Of a stretch of 64,000 bases of DNA, positions 62,448 to 64,000 are shown in pieces. Within the stretch, counting starts at the first letter, position 1; the number at the start of each line of letters is the position of its first letter. The DNA is from an uncultured Verrucomicrobiae bacterium (GTDB lineage Bacteria > Verrucomicrobiota > Verrucomicrobiia > Limisphaerales > Palsa-1400), in contig OY969763.1 of assembly GCA_963702845.1 (NCBI GenBank), forward strand, positions 2,208,001-2,272,000, written 5' to 3'. The translations under genes were made by a program, and so were the position numbers. Under the pieces are notes generated by a model. It was not told the origin of the DNA. It was given only the letters and a program-made list of their open reading frames with translations, and did not search any database.

Positions 62448-63052
62448 CGGGCAAGCGTCCCACCAAACGGACCTTCGCAGATCGATTGTGCGAGAGGGCG
62501 GCGATCACTCGGCTTTTCACGCTCCCTGAGTTCTTGACTAAGATCGTCGGGATTGCCGTGTTTACCGAGAGCAAACATCGCGCAAACGGCAAATTCGTCG
62601 GGAACATTCAATGCGGTGCGCGCTTTATCGTAGTCAAACCCGGCCATGCCGTGTGAAACGAGTCCCATTGCCGTTGCCTGAAGCGCGAGATTTTCCCATG
62701 CCGAACCGGCATCAAACACATGCACCGGATTCGGGCTGCCATTTCGCGTAAAGGTTTTACGCGAAATGACCACGCAGAGAACAGCGGCGTTCTTGCACCA
62801 TACTTTATTGGCGTCCATCAGCAGGTCCAAAAACATTTGGAAATGCGGCGTATCGCGACGCCCATACAGAAAGCGCCATTCCTGTTCGTTGCGGGTCGAT
62901 GGCGCCCAACGCGCAGCTTCGAACAGACACATCGTCTCGCGCTCGCTCAGCGACTCTCCACTCATCGCACGTGGAGACCAACGTTTGACGAACAACGACT
63001 CGATCGGATAATCCGCTTTGCGGTGCTCTTCAGCATTCGGTAGCTTGCTCAT
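62444..63052 (-). CDS. Nitroreductase family protein
   Basis: RWSPRAM, EAARWAPS..NEQEWRF, HGMAGFD. Confidence 0.9.
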   Translation of the reverse strand: MSKLPNAEEHRKADYPIESLFVKRWSPRAMSGESLSERETMCLFEAARWAPSTRNEQEWRFLYGRRDTPHFQMFLDLLMDANKVWCKNAAVLCVVISRKTFTRNGSPNPVHVFDAGSAWENLALQATAMGLVSHGMAGFDYDKARTALNVPDEFAVCAMFALGKHGNPDDLSQELREREKPSDRRPLAQSICEGPFGGTLAR

Positions 63053-63069
63053 GAAAACGAATTTAACGC

Positions 63070-63459
63070 ATGTCCGCTGTAAAACAAAACTCCGATGACG
63101 AACTCTCGGCCGCCGTCAAGACGTATGGCCTCAACGAATACACACGCCACATCTTCCTTTGCGCCGATCAAACCGAAGCCAAGTGCTGCTCGAAGGAACA
63201 AGGATTAGCGTCGTGGGACTATTTGAAACGCCGTTTAAAAGAACTGAATCTTTCCAGTTCCAAAAATGTCGTATTCCGCACCAAAGCAAATTGCCTGCGC
63301 GTTTGCGCCAAAGGACCGATAGCCGTCGTTTACCCCGAAGCCGTTTGGTATCACTCCTGCACGCCTGAAGTGCTCGAGCGCATCATTCAGGAGCACCTCA
63401 TTAACGGACAAATTGTCCAGGACTTCGCCTTCGCTAAAAACCCGAATTGCGCTCAGTGA
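63070..63459 (+). CDS. Thioredoxin-like [2Fe-2S] ferredoxin
   Basis: RHIFLC...CC...[25 protein letters not shown]. Confidence 0.88.
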   Translation: MSAVKQNSDDELSAAVKTYGLNEYTRHIFLCADQTEAKCCSKEQGLASWDYLKRRLKELNLSSSKNVVFRTKANCLRVCAKGPIAVVYPEAVWYHSCTPEVLERIIQEHLINGQIVQDFAFAKNPNCAQ

Positions 63460-64000
63460 TTGCGACTACGAATGTGCGATTGCGCGCCGGCTGGTTCGTT
63501 GAATGCATTTGGCGTGCTGTTCGTTACGACGCCCGCACCCAGTGGCGGCATTATCTGACCCGTGCGCGAATCCGTTACCACCGCTGCCCCCAGCGGCGGA
63601 ACAATTTTTCCAGTCTTCGGATCGGTAACTACCTCTGCGCCTAAAGGTGGCAAAATTTGTCCCGTTTTCGGATCGGTTACCACCGCCGCGCCTGGAGTCT
63701 GGACCACGTCCGATCGAGTGCCTCTGTTTCCGTCGACGCCGCGGCTATCGTTCACCGCAAATTGCACACCGTCGGGCAAAACGATCGTCACGTGCGCCGC
63801 CCGCGGAAACGCGAATGTCACATTGCCCCTCACTTGCGACGGATCGATCGTGACGTTCTCGTCGTCCCTAAATTCAGTCGGAAAGGCTGGATGCGCATCC
63901 GGCGTCAGCGCTGGATGCGGATTTCCGAAATTTGCCGGGTGCGGATTTCCGAAATCAGCAGGGTGCGGATCGCCAAAATTGGCAGGGTGCGCATTACCAA
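63453..64000 (-). CDS. Partial (5'-truncated) hypothetical protein with tandem peptide repeats
   Basis: Frame is open to the window end; HPA(N/D)FG(N/D)P repeats and PPLGAxVVTDxxTGxI repeats. Confidence 0.65.
   Translation of the reverse strand, partial: GNAHPANFGDPHPADFGNPHPANFGNPHPALTPDAHPAFPTEFRDDENVTIDPSQVRGNVTFAFPRAAHVTIVLPDGVQFAVNDSRGVDGNRGTRSDVVQTPGAAVVTDPKTGQILPPLGAEVVTDPKTGKIVPPLGAAVVTDSRTGQIMPPLGAGVVTNSTPNAFNEPAGAQSHIRSRNH

Noticed and set aside
63480..64000. CRISPR or non-coding tandem repeat
   Set aside because: The repeat units are multiples of three, vary mainly at synonymous positions and lie in an open frame, so they are coding repeats.

Overview
This is 64 kb of a GC-rich bacterial chromosome. 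Verrucomicrobiota (Pedosphaera-like) is inferred from DUF1501/DUF1553 genes, a prepilin-type protein, and a YRIQSSSNLTDW...KFFRA secreted-protein motif. The left host flank carries rarA, a 6S RNA, UDP-GlcNAc dehydrogenase and epimerase, moaDE, DUF1501/DUF1553 and a greA-like gene. The right host flank carries Gfo/Idh/MocA oxidoreductases, an alternative complex III (actA-G) plus caa3 oxidase operon, a nitroreductase and a ferredoxin. The centre (13354-45882, about 32.5 kb) is a complete integrated element at tRNA-Thr(UGU), bounded by a perfect 50-bp att duplication. It encodes an integrase, a SNF2/DUF4365/DUF1156/RhuM/DUF499 restriction-like defence cluster, a full head-packaging module (TerS, TerL, portal, scaffold, capsid, decoration, adaptor), primase/helicase with an iteron origin, an excisionase-like gene and a repressor. 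No tail or lysis genes are recognisable, so it looks like a capsid-forming satellite. The most unusual feature is the 5.4-kb gap between terL and portal. It is bracketed by two inward-facing copies of a 20-bp attI-like motif, each followed by an integron-style gene cassette with matching R'/R'' cores and internally collapsed attC sites, while no integron integrase is present in the window. Several conserved host genes carry single-base frameshifts, so indels here may be sequencing artefacts. All protein family calls come from motif recognition, not database searches.
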